DNA of 64,000 bases from Escherichia phage ManiMatter_Bas94. Positions 1 to 8,330 of this stretch are shown piece after piece (within the stretch, counting starts at the first letter, position 1; the number at the start of each line of letters is the position of its first letter). The notes under the pieces are model-generated. The model ran no database searches. It had not been told where the DNA came from and saw only the letters and a list, made by a program, of their open reading frames with translations. The translations under genes and the position numbers were made by a program. Location of the stretch: the sequence record PQ850617.1. One strand, 5' to 3'.

Positions 1-456
1 GCTTCTAACCCGACCACTAACGTTGGTTTTGATGAAGCTGATATCTTTGATATGACTCTGCAACTGTACACCGCTGGTTCTGAAGCAGACATCATCATGA
101 TTAACCCGGCTCATGCTAAGATCTTCGCTGGTCTGCAAGAAAACACTCAGGGTTCACGTAAGCGTATCTTTGAGAACACCAAGCAGTTCATCTACGAAGT
201 TAACAGCATCACTGACCCGCTGGGCCAGAACTACAAAATCATCGTTAACCGTTGGATGCCTACCGATGCAGTTTACTTCTTCCGTAGCGCTGACTGGACT
301 CAGATGGTCCTGCGTGCTCCGAAACGTACTGAACTGGCAAAAGATGGTTCTTATGAGAAGTGGATGATTGAAATGGAAGTTGGTCTGCGTCACCGCAACC
401 CTTATGCTTCCGGAGTTCTGTTCACTGCTGCGGGAAAGTTGGATCCGCAACAGTAG
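1..456 (+). CDS. Major capsid protein, C-terminal part (5' end outside the window)
   Basis: Frame 1 is open from base 1 (ASNPTTNVGFDEADIFD precedes the listed Met at 52). Codons are strongly biased toward high expression (ctg, cgt, ggt, aac). It is the first gene of the virion module and is followed by an Ig-domain ORF and a strong terminator. The assignment rests on context, not on a diagnostic motif. Confidence 0.6.
   Translation, partial: ASNPTTNVGFDEADIFDMTLQLYTAGSEADIIMINPAHAKIFAGLQENTQGSRKRIFENTKQFIYEVNSITDPLGQNYKIIVNRWMPTDAVYFFRSADWTQMVLRAPKRTELAKDGSYEKWMIEMEVGLRHRNPYASGVLFTAAGKLDPQQ
432..438 (+). promoter_or_regulatory. Candidate -1 programmed frameshift site G_GGA_AAG
   Basis: This is a perfect X_XXY_YYZ heptamer in the capsid reading frame (gcG GGA AAG), 16 nt before the capsid stop codon at 454-456. 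The -1 frame is open from 372 and runs into the Ig-domain ORF. The same heptamer is the lambda G/GT frameshift site. Confidence 0.6.
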
Positions 457-461
457 ACAGT

Positions 462-974
462 GTGACTGTTAGCCCTGCGTCTGTAGAAAGTCTAGAGACA
501 GGGGCTACTCAGCAGTTTACTGCAAGCGCTGAGAAGAGTGACGGCTCTACCGAAACAACTGGCTTTACTTGGTCAGTAACAGGAGGCGGTTCTATCACTC
601 AGTCTGGTTTGTATACTGCTCCGAGTGCGGCTCAATCCACTGATGTATCCATTACTGCGACTTTAGAGGGTGTTTCTGGTACAGCAACCATTTCTGAAAT
701 TGTTGATCCTGCCCCTACTATTGTAGCTAAGGGTCCAATTACAGGTAAAACTGGTGGTTCTTCCACTAACTTCACTACCATGTTTACTGTAACTAATTCT
801 ACTGCTGCGGATTACACGTTTGTTGTAACCCCTACAGAAGCTGGTACAGTAAGCGCCGCTGGTGCGTTAACCTTAGATGATGCTGCAAGTGGCGAAGTTA
901 CTGTTCAAGCAAGTTTGACAGCTGACCCGTCCATCAATGCAACATGCACTTTTACTGGTGTAACACCTGCTTAA
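462..974 (+). CDS. Ig-like (Big_2-type) two-domain ORF, probably a frameshift extension of the capsid protein
   Basis: The motif VTVSPASVESLETGATQQFTASA...GFTWSVTGGGSITQSGLYTAPS is a typical Big_2 signature. The domain consensus begins upstream of the listed GTG (VDSVTVSP). I see no convincing SD, and the ORF lies in the -1 frame relative to the capsid gene. Confidence 0.65.
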   Translation: MTVSPASVESLETGATQQFTASAEKSDGSTETTGFTWSVTGGGSITQSGLYTAPSAAQSTDVSITATLEGVSGTATISEIVDPAPTIVAKGPITGKTGGSSTNFTTMFTVTNSTAADYTFVVTPTEAGTVSAAGALTLDDAASGEVTVQASLTADPSINATCTFTGVTPA

Positions 975-981
975 AATTAGA

Positions 982-1006
982 CCCTGCCTTCGGGCGGGGT
1001 TTTTTC
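982..1006 (+). terminator. Rho-independent terminator
   Basis: Stem ccctgcc/ggcgggg with a ttcg tetraloop, followed by tttttt. Confidence 0.85.
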
Positions 1007-1033
1007 GTTTTAAGACCTATACAAGCCAGCGTG

Positions 1034-1042
1034 TAATGTATA
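1034..1042 (+). promoter_or_regulatory. TAATGTATA motif (candidate phage-sigma late promoter)
   Basis: Exact TAATGTATA lies 34 nt upstream of the ATG at 1076 and directly after a terminator. TAAGACCTA lies 14 nt upstream, the same arrangement as at 17917. Confidence 0.6.
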
Positions 1043-1075
1043 TTCTTTGTCTACATATAACAAGGAGGACAACCT

Positions 1076-1828
1076 ATGGCAATGCCAGATGTTCAATACC
1101 CCATCAATACCTATGGGTGGCTAAAGAAGGCCGTGGCCCTCTGGGCAGATAGGGACGATGATGAATTTGTTAATCAAATTCCAAACTTTATTAACTTTGC
1201 AGAGAAAGAGATTTATCGTAACTTACGTATCCCTCCTCTGGAAAAAGAAGTGTATTTAGATATTAAAGATGGAGTAGCTTACATTCCTCCTGATTACTTA
1301 GAAGCTCAATGGATGATGAGAGCCAAAGATGGTACAATCTTCCAAGTAACATCTCCTGAAGAGATTAGCTATCGTAGACAGCACGGAACAATTAATCCAT
1401 CTCATTGGAATAACCAACCTGTTAACTTTGCTCGTTTCGGTAGTCGTTTCATTTTCTACCCTAGCATCGAAGCAGATACTCCGTACTACCCTGATGATGG
1501 AAGCCCTTTGATTCCAGCAGAAAACTCAGTGATTCTTAGTTATTATGCAGACCCACCGGAGTTCCATGAAGATACAGACACTAGTGCTATTCTTACTATC
1601 GCACCAGAGCTTCTTCTGTATTTCACCCTACGTCATGCTTGTCTGTTTGTTCAAGATGATAACGGTGTTCAGAAATGGTCAGCATTAGGAAAAGCTATCC
1701 TTGATGAAATGGTAGAACAGAATAAGAAACAAGAGTACTCAGGTTCACCTATCGCAATTCCGAATAACATGACCCGACTTCAGAGCAGCTTGCCTGATAT
1801 TTATGGTATTCGTACTTCTCGTGTATAA
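1076..1828 (+). CDS. Virion structural protein (head-tail adaptor / tail tubular A-like candidate)
   Basis: 250-aa ORF with SD aaggagg. Its position is directly after the capsid gene and before the fibre genes. No diagnostic motif. Confidence 0.35.
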   Translation: MAMPDVQYPINTYGWLKKAVALWADRDDDEFVNQIPNFINFAEKEIYRNLRIPPLEKEVYLDIKDGVAYIPPDYLEAQWMMRAKDGTIFQVTSPEEISYRRQHGTINPSHWNNQPVNFARFGSRFIFYPSIEADTPYYPDDGSPLIPAENSVILSYYADPPEFHEDTDTSAILTIAPELLLYFTLRHACLFVQDDNGVQKWSALGKAILDEMVEQNKKQEYSGSPIAIPNNMTRLQSSLPDIYGIRTSRV

Positions 1829-1837
1829 GGAGATAAT

Positions 1838-4486
1838 ATGATCGTTTATAATAACCAAGCACCTGATGCAGTGAATAACGTTGGGCAGTTTGGTGCTACT
1901 GAAGGCTCTATCGGAGCTTACAAGCAAGCGGCAGAATATGCAGCTGATTCTAAGTATTGGTCACTGTTGGCAGAGGCTAAGTTTGGTACAGTTGATGACT
2001 TGATTGCTCAGGTTGAGATTCTATACAAACAAGGTGTTCTATTAAGAGAAGATATTGAAGACTTAAAACAAGACTTCATTGCACAAGATGCTCGTTTGAT
2101 GAACCTCATTGCTCAAACTAACGCAGCTGTAGCTGATGCAAATAATGCAGTTGCTCTGATTAATCAGAAACTTGTAGAAGTTCAGAATCAACTCGACGTT
2201 CTGTTGGGAATGTCTGTTGACGTAACTACACTTCCTCCGGGAACTCCGGCTACTGGCTCTTTTAATCCGAACACTGGTGTAATCTCTCTGGGTATCCCAG
2301 AAGGTGATCCCGGAAAGGATGGTTCTGTTACTGACCTATCTGCTGCTCCTACCGGTACACCGGAGCTGGGGGACATCGGTTTCTATGTTGACAAAGATGA
2401 TAACATTGTTCACAAAACAACTCTCGAAGATATTGCAAACCTGATCCCATCTGTTCGTTCTGTTTCAGTTAACGATGGCCCTGCGCTTGACGGAGAAGTT
2501 GCTCTAACGCTTAACAAAGAGACGGTAGGTTTAGGGAATGTTCTGAACGTGGCTCAGTACAGCCGCCAAGAGATTAATGATAAGTTTGACAAAACAACTA
2601 AAACCTACCAATCGAAAGCCGAAGCTGATGCGGATGCTCAATACCGACAGGTAGGAGAAAAGGTTTTGGTGTGGGACTCAACGAAGTATGAATTCTATAC
2701 TGTTGCAGCGAATAAAACCCTTACTCCGGTTAAAACAGAAGGTCGTATCCTAACTGTTAACTCCCGTTCTCCTGATTCAACTGGTAACATCGATATCGTA
2801 ATCCCAACAGGAAACCCATCTTTGTATTTAGGGGAGATGGTAATGTTCCCTTATGACCCAGCTAAAGCTGTCTCCTATCCGGGCATTCTTCCTGCGGACG
2901 GTCGTTTGGTGTCAAAAGAATCTGCTTTGGATTTAGGCCCATCCCTTATCAGTGGACAACTCCCTGTTGTTTCTGAAACAGAGTGGCAAGCTGGTGCTAA
3001 GCAATATTTCTCTTGGGGTAAATTAGCCGATGGCATCACTGATGCAGATTCTACTAACTATATCAATATCCGTCTTCCTGATTGGACAGGCGGTGAGGCT
3101 ATTCGATCCCCTGATTCTGTAAAAGATAGTGCATATAAAGGTAATGTTCAAAGTCAGGTCCCTTATGTAGTCACTGTAAATAACCAAGCTCCTGATGAGA
3201 TTACAGGTAACGTCAATATCTCCAGATCTATCTTAGGTGCTGCTGCTGCTGGTGCAAACTCTGATATAACATCTCTCGCAGGGCTTACAACAGCGCTTTC
3301 TGTCACTCAGGGTGGAACAGGTGCAAAGAATTCCAATGATGCTAAGGTAAATTTAGATTTAGACAGAATAGAGCAAGGTTCTGGAGAGACTAAGATCCTA
3401 TCTCCAAATAAAGAAACCTACATGTTTGTTGATAATGACGGGTGGGGTTGTTACCGTACCACGGCTGGGTTGGTCGGTACTGTAGCTTTGTCAGTTGAGA
3501 GAGGGGGCACTGGAGCAACAGATGTTGCTAGTGCAAGAGATAATCTAGGACTTAAATCTCTTTCTACATTAGATACTGTTCCAGTAACAAAAGGTGGGAC
3601 AGGTGCTATCACTGCTGCGGAGGCTAGGTCTAATTTAGGTCTTGGTTCTGTTGCTACTCTTAGTAACGTACCAATCGCTAGTGGTGGTACAGGTGCTAGT
3701 GATGCTGCCGGTGCAAGGTTTAATTTGGGGTTGGGAAATGTTTCTACTCTGGACAACGTACCAGTTGCTAGTGGTGGTACAGGTGCTAGTGATGCTGCCG
3801 GTGCCCGAAGCAACCTCGGAGCGCTGAGTAACACTCCAGCAAACACAGGTGCAGGTAATACTGGTGCGCGAGTCCAACATGCCACCGGAAGAGGTCTGTT
3901 TACTTTAGACATGTTTAACTGCTACTGGTATATGCAGCCAGAGGATACTAACTTCTGGGTTGCCCACGGTGTGTCATATGCAGGGCCTAATGGCGAAGCC
4001 TCAGAGTATGGTCGTATATCTTACGCAATAAAGATTGCAGATGGAACAACAAAATATGTCCATTGTCTTACAAACAAAAACACCATCATTGATACAGGCG
4101 GATTTATCAAAGCGGCATCTCCGGTAGTTAACATTTATGCCAACGGTCGGTATGAAACGAACGATGAGTCTGAGGGGGTTAGTGTCATCCGGCAGGGTAT
4201 TGGTGAATATCTGATTACCGGTTGCCTCGGTCTTAACTCTGATGCAAGATGGGGTGGGGTGGATGGGGGGTTTGAAATCCCAACAGATCGCAACAAGCAA
4301 CCTAGGATTTGGCTGGACTATGAGGTTAAAGAAGATGGTTCTATTTTAGTTAAAACCTATCACAGAACTCACCCAACCTCTCCAGTTTTTGCTAGAAACG
4401 AGATAGAAGGTTTTTCTGATGGGGACCCTATTGATATTCCAAGTGATGCTTTTATCTCAGTTCGTGTAGAGATGCCAGCTGAGTAA
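1838..4486 (+). CDS. Tail fibre protein (coiled-coil N-terminus, GGTGA..A..AR.NLGL repeats, globular C-terminus)
   Basis: Five tandem units of the phage tail-fibre repeat type (V.ASGGTGASDAAGAR.NLGL). The N-terminus is a heptad-rich segment. Confidence 0.75.
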   Translation: MIVYNNQAPDAVNNVGQFGATEGSIGAYKQAAEYAADSKYWSLLAEAKFGTVDDLIAQVEILYKQGVLLREDIEDLKQDFIAQDARLMNLIAQTNAAVADANNAVALINQKLVEVQNQLDVLLGMSVDVTTLPPGTPATGSFNPNTGVISLGIPEGDPGKDGSVTDLSAAPTGTPELGDIGFYVDKDDNIVHKTTLEDIANLIPSVRSVSVNDGPALDGEVALTLNKETVGLGNVLNVAQYSRQEINDKFDKTTKTYQSKAEADADAQYRQVGEKVLVWDSTKYEFYTVAANKTLTPVKTEGRILTVNSRSPDSTGNIDIVIPTGNPSLYLGEMVMFPYDPAKAVSYPGILPADGRLVSKESALDLGPSLISGQLPVVSETEWQAGAKQYFSWGKLADGITDADSTNYINIRLPDWTGGEAIRSPDSVKDSAYKGNVQSQVPYVVTVNNQAPDEITGNVNISRSILGAAAAGANSDITSLAGLTTALSVTQGGTGAKNSNDAKVNLDLDRIEQGSGETKILSPNKETYMFVDNDGWGCYRTTAGLVGTVALSVERGGTGATDVASARDNLGLKSLSTLDTVPVTKGGTGAITAAEARSNLGLGSVATLSNVPIASGGTGASDAAGARFNLGLGNVSTLDNVPVASGGTGASDAAGARSNLGALSNTPANTGAGNTGARVQHATGRGLFTLDMFNCYWYMQPEDTNFWVAHGVSYAGPNGEASEYGRISYAIKIADGTTKYVHCLTNKNTIIDTGGFIKAASPVVNIYANGRYETNDESEGVSVIRQGIGEYLITGCLGLNSDARWGGVDGGFEIPTDRNKQPRIWLDYEVKEDGSILVKTYHRTHPTSPVFARNEIEGFSDGDPIDIPSDAFISVRVEMPAE
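3295..3830 (+). repeat. Tandem roughly 90-bp (30-aa) tail-fibre repeats, the last two nearly identical at DNA level
   Basis: ccaatcgctagtggtggtacaggtgctagtgatgctgccggtgca (3671-3715) compares with ccagttgctagtggtggtacaggtgctagtgatgctgccggtgcc (3761-3805). Confidence 0.85.
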
Positions 4487-4495
4487 ATAAAACAT

Positions 4496-4516
4496 GCTCC
4501 CTTCGGGGAGCTTTAT
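4496..4516 (+). terminator. UUCG-tetraloop hairpin, weak or leaky terminator
   Basis: gctccc-ttcg-gggagc followed only by tttat. Confidence 0.4.
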
Positions 4517-4528
4517 GGAGGATTATAA

Positions 4529-6673
4529 ATGTCTAGAGAATTAATGCCCAAATCTGGGATAATGATGCCTCATGTGGTAGTTACTAGAGATGCCGCAGTT
4601 GTGGGTGTGTCTACAGTTGATGGCGTGGCAGGTGCTGTTAATTTAACAGATAAATATCTACAAAAGTCTGATGCTGAAGCAACATATCAAACGAAAGCAG
4701 AAGGGGCTACTAAGCAATATGTAACCGATGCTATTAACCCTATTATGACAAATGCTCTGTTTAAAGATGACCCTTTTGTCAATAATGATACACCTATCCG
4801 CTCTGGTGGTGGTAATGGTGTTGAATCAGTGGATATGATTAAAGTTACCCCCGAGAACTCTATCAAACTAGGGAGTTATGCTTCTTCTGTTCAGGGGGTT
4901 GAGATTCACTCTGCTGGTCGTGTTCAGGTTGTTGATCAGAATGATGGTGGGGTAGAAACTAAATACCCTATCTATTCTAAGCGTTTCCGTCCTGAGATTG
5001 AAGATTTACCTTTTGCTGCAATCGGTTCTTATGTTAAGGATTCTCAAGGTCGTACTGTTGGTGTAACCCGTACTGGTATTAACTCTGATATCAAACAACT
5101 CACACAGAAGGTGACTTTCACTCAACCAGTTACTGTTCCTGATGCGGTTGGTGACTATGATGCAGTTACTTTGAGACAGCTTCGTAACAGTGGTGGCTCT
5201 GGCGGTCCTACCATGAGTGGTATCTCTAACTTTGGTATTGGTGATTTCCACTTACGTGATAGTCGAGCTTTCATCCCAGCTTTTGAAGTTCCCTCAGATG
5301 GTCAGCTTTTAAATCGTGCTGATTATCCTGACCTGTGGGCTTATGCTCAACTATTAACCCCTATTAGTGATTCTCTTTGGGTAGGAGATATTACCCAAAG
5401 AGGTAGATACTCCACAGGCGATGGCACCACCACTTTCCGTGTCCCTGACCGAAATGGTATTCAGCTTAACTCCCTTGCAGCTCTTTATGGACGAGGTGAT
5501 GGGGGTGCTTCCGCAGCTAATGGTATGGTTTTTGACTCTGCCGCTCCTAACATCTACGGTGACATTGGTGGTGTTGTAGCCTATGGTCAGACTGGTGCTA
5601 TTATGCGAGGTCAGGAAGAAACTGCACTAGCTCCACAACCAGTTACAGGAAACGGTGTATTAAGGGTAAGCTTGGATGCTTCCAAATCAAGTCCGATATA
5701 CGGTCGCAGTAACTCAGAAATCATGGGTCGTAACTTTGTAGGTGTTTGGACTATTCGTGCTCATGGTGGTTTTACTGCTGCTAACACATCTTGGTCAGTT
5801 ATTAATAGTGATGCAAACCGTCCTGCTGGTGGAACTCGAGCAACTAGTGGTTCTGTTGTTGCTGAATATAAAATAGGTTCAGAAGTAGAAGCCTCTACTA
5901 CGCTCCAAACTGATGCTTATATCGACGGAGCTTATTATGGGATTATCAATGTTTATAATAAAACCAAAGGAGTTACCAAGCAATTAGCTTTTGATGATTC
6001 TGGAACCCTGAACTCTGATAGGTATGCTGCTCGGTTTGGGACAATGATGGCTTGGAGCCAAACAGGAAGTCGCAGAGGGACGTTTTCTACAGACAACCAA
6101 GGGATCGGTGCTAACTACTCTTTTAACTCTATACTGAGTGCTTCCCAAGCATCCCAAGGTGGATACAAAACTACTACCCATGTAGGGATGATTCACAACG
6201 ATGCTGGAACTTTTGCTGATTCTTGTTGGCACGTAGCTGGGGATGAAGACAACAAATATGGTTGTCGTTTAACTCTTCGACCAAACAGAAATGAGCTTTT
6301 CTATTACACTTGGCAGCCTGGCGCATCAGGAGTTTACACTCTTGCTATGAATCCTGTGTCAGATGAAAGGTTGAAACACAACATTCAAGATCTCTCGCCT
6401 GATGAAGCAATTCGTGCGATTAAAGGTTTGGATTTCAAATCGTTTGTATATAACAACGACGAACAAGGAAGAACTCGTCGTGGTGTTATCGCACAGCAAG
6501 CAGAAAAGGTAGAACCTCTTTATGTTAAGACTCGTAGGTTCCATGACAACGACGGCGTAGAGCAAGAACAGAAAGAGCTGGACTCAGCTCCTATGCTCCT
6601 CGATACTATGCAAGTTGTTCAAGACCTGTTGAAACGTATTGAAGTTCTAGAAGCGAAGTTAGCAGAGAAGTGA
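4529..6673 (+). CDS. Tail fibre/spike with tail-collar domain and C-terminal S74 intramolecular-chaperone domain
   Basis: Collar-type motif LLNRADYPDLWAYAQ...GDGTTTFRVPDRNG. C-terminal SDERLKHNIQDL...RRGVIAQQAEKVEPLYV matches the self-cleaving chaperone of endosialidase / L-shaped fibre type. Confidence 0.8.
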   Translation: MSRELMPKSGIMMPHVVVTRDAAVVGVSTVDGVAGAVNLTDKYLQKSDAEATYQTKAEGATKQYVTDAINPIMTNALFKDDPFVNNDTPIRSGGGNGVESVDMIKVTPENSIKLGSYASSVQGVEIHSAGRVQVVDQNDGGVETKYPIYSKRFRPEIEDLPFAAIGSYVKDSQGRTVGVTRTGINSDIKQLTQKVTFTQPVTVPDAVGDYDAVTLRQLRNSGGSGGPTMSGISNFGIGDFHLRDSRAFIPAFEVPSDGQLLNRADYPDLWAYAQLLTPISDSLWVGDITQRGRYSTGDGTTTFRVPDRNGIQLNSLAALYGRGDGGASAANGMVFDSAAPNIYGDIGGVVAYGQTGAIMRGQEETALAPQPVTGNGVLRVSLDASKSSPIYGRSNSEIMGRNFVGVWTIRAHGGFTAANTSWSVINSDANRPAGGTRATSGSVVAEYKIGSEVEASTTLQTDAYIDGAYYGIINVYNKTKGVTKQLAFDDSGTLNSDRYAARFGTMMAWSQTGSRRGTFSTDNQGIGANYSFNSILSASQASQGGYKTTTHVGMIHNDAGTFADSCWHVAGDEDNKYGCRLTLRPNRNELFYYTWQPGASGVYTLAMNPVSDERLKHNIQDLSPDEAIRAIKGLDFKSFVYNNDEQGRTRRGVIAQQAEKVEPLYVKTRRFHDNDGVEQEQKELDSAPMLLDTMQVVQDLLKRIEVLEAKLAEK

Positions 6674-6677
6674 GATA

Positions 6678-6696
6678 AGCCCCTTCGGGGGCTTTA
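6678..6696 (+). terminator. UUCG-tetraloop hairpin terminator
   Basis: agcccc-ttcg-ggggct followed by ttt. Confidence 0.55.
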
Positions 6697-6765
6697 GTAG
6701 TAAGTACCCTTAGTAAGTAATGAAACTAATATATCCCAAGAGGTTAATATATAGGAGACACTCAA

Positions 6766-6984
6766 ATGAAAATGATGAAACAAGCTGCATATGGTTTAGT
6801 TTGTTTAGGTGCAGGTGTTGTGGTGTCAACCGCAGTTCCTGTAGGCGCAGTTCTTCCATTAGTAACTGTCCCTGCTCCAGTAGAGAAACTTAGTTCTCAA
6901 TGTAAGCAGCGAACCATTCAAAATAATCTAGTTGTTATTTGTCCTGATGCTGAATCTAACGCTCTGAGAAAGATACTACCTTAA
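6766..6984 (+). CDS. Small single-TMD membrane protein directly upstream of the endolysin (holin / lysis-accessory candidate)
   Basis: Hydrophobic N-terminal segment AAYGLVCLGAGVVVSTAVPVGAVLPLV. Good SD ataggag. The function is inferred from position only. Confidence 0.35.
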   Translation: MKMMKQAAYGLVCLGAGVVVSTAVPVGAVLPLVTVPAPVEKLSSQCKQRTIQNNLVVICPDAESNALRKILP

Positions 6985-7013
6985 TTTAAAGGGACCACAA
7001 AAGGAGGTTAGAA

Positions 7014-7505
7014 ATGGATAACGCCGCATTGCCACCTGTACAACTAAACTTAAGTCCAGCTGGAATGGAATTCATCATGAAGCATGAGGGTATGAGAACC
7101 AAGGCTTATAAAGATTCCGCAGGTATCTGGACGATATGTGTAGGGGCTACGCGCGATATGAATGGTTATCCGGTTAGACAAGGATTAACGTATTCTATAG
7201 AGGATTGTCTAGCTCTGCTAGATAGAGACACACAAGACTCTGTTCGTGCTACTCAGAAGAACATAAAGGTTCCTTTACTAGTTCATGAGTTTGATGCACT
7301 CACTTCTTTCAGCTTCAATGTTGGCAGTGGTGCTTTGAGCACATCTAAGTTAAGGAAGGTTATCAATGGAGAGGTCAAAGGTGATGTATACTCAGAGTTT
7401 CTTCGTTGGGATAAAATTACGGTGAATGGAGAGAAGCAGAGGAGTCAGGGTCTTCATAACAGAAGGGTTGCAGAAGCTGATCTTTACACCGAAGGTAAAT
7501 ATTAA
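7014..7505 (+). CDS. Endolysin, GH24 (T4/P22-type) lysozyme
   Basis: HEGMRTKAYKDSAGIWTICVGAT is the canonical E...D...T catalytic region of phage lysozymes. No signal or SAR segment. Confidence 0.9.
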   Translation: MDNAALPPVQLNLSPAGMEFIMKHEGMRTKAYKDSAGIWTICVGATRDMNGYPVRQGLTYSIEDCLALLDRDTQDSVRATQKNIKVPLLVHEFDALTSFSFNVGSGALSTSKLRKVINGEVKGDVYSEFLRWDKITVNGEKQRSQGLHNRRVAEADLYTEGKY

Positions 7506-7517
7506 TGGAGGTGCCTT

Positions 7518-8321
7518 TTGGCTATCGAAACTAATGCGGTAGTTGTTACCGATTTAAACCCGCTCTATCCTAGAGACAGGGATTACATCTACGAAGGGGC
7601 GGCTCAAATCCGCCTCATTAAACAAACATTACAGAACACATTCCCAAATGTTACAGAGCCAGTTCAGTTGGACTCAGATTCTCTCAATATTCTGGCTAGC
7701 AAAGTTACCTTTACTGGTGACTCTATGGATGTTGGTGGGTTGATGATCAAGAATGCCACTCCGGGTACAGGTGATAGCGATGTTGTCACTAAAGGCCAGA
7801 TGGAAGCTTTCATGCAGAACTGGATGGCTAATAAACTTTACAGGATTGGCTCTTACTATATCACTGAAGAAGATATTAACCCCGGTGATAGTTCTTCTCT
7901 TGGTTTTGGCTCTTGGGCTAAAGTGACTGGTGTTATCATGGGTACTGGTGTAGTAAACCCTGATGGCTCTGTTCCTAATGCTCAGAGGGTTGAATTCCAA
8001 GCAGGTGGTACTGGTGGTCGTGTATTCAATACCATTCGTACAGAGAACATACCTTTGATGACAGTTAATGGCTCCAGCTTCTCTTTATCCAGCAACACCC
8101 ACAGTCACAACATGGTATTTGGTCGTGGAGATGCTAGCGGTCATAACAGCTCACCTAATTGGTATAGTCCGGGTGGTGGTTACAGTCAGAGAACGGAGAA
8201 TGATACACACTCTCATACAATCTCTGGTAGTGTGAGTCTTGGTCGTGACGATATCTCTCGTCAACCTATCAACACTTTGCCACCATTCAGAGCGGCTCAC
8301 ATTTGGAGACGTATTAGCTAA
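7518..8321 (+). CDS. Tail fibre protein (collar-like C-terminus with HxH motifs)
   Basis: TTG start 6 nt after ggagg. N-terminus PLYPRDRDYIYEGAAQIRLIKQTLQNTFPNV is typical of fibre N-termini. Also carries HSHNMVF and HSHTISG motifs and a LPPFRAAHIWRR ending. Confidence 0.6.
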   Translation: MAIETNAVVVTDLNPLYPRDRDYIYEGAAQIRLIKQTLQNTFPNVTEPVQLDSDSLNILASKVTFTGDSMDVGGLMIKNATPGTGDSDVVTKGQMEAFMQNWMANKLYRIGSYYITEEDINPGDSSSLGFGSWAKVTGVIMGTGVVNPDGSVPNAQRVEFQAGGTGGRVFNTIRTENIPLMTVNGSSFSLSSNTHSHNMVFGRGDASGHNSSPNWYSPGGGYSQRTENDTHSHTISGSVSLGRDDISRQPINTLPPFRAAHIWRRIS

Positions 8322-8330
8322 GGAGGAATT

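Noticed and set aside
3451-3912. 153-aa and 81-aa antisense ORFs, and a 61-aa sense-strand alternative-frame ORF, inside the tail-fibre repeat region
   Set aside because: They are shadow ORFs created by the Gly/Ala-rich repeat codons. They have no SD and lie entirely inside a well-supported gene. The same reasoning applies to most short antisense ORFs in the track (for example 154..450, 2188..2376, 17015..17536, 19379..19882).

Sample of other shadow ORFs covered by this reasoning: 16217..16477, 21146..21448.
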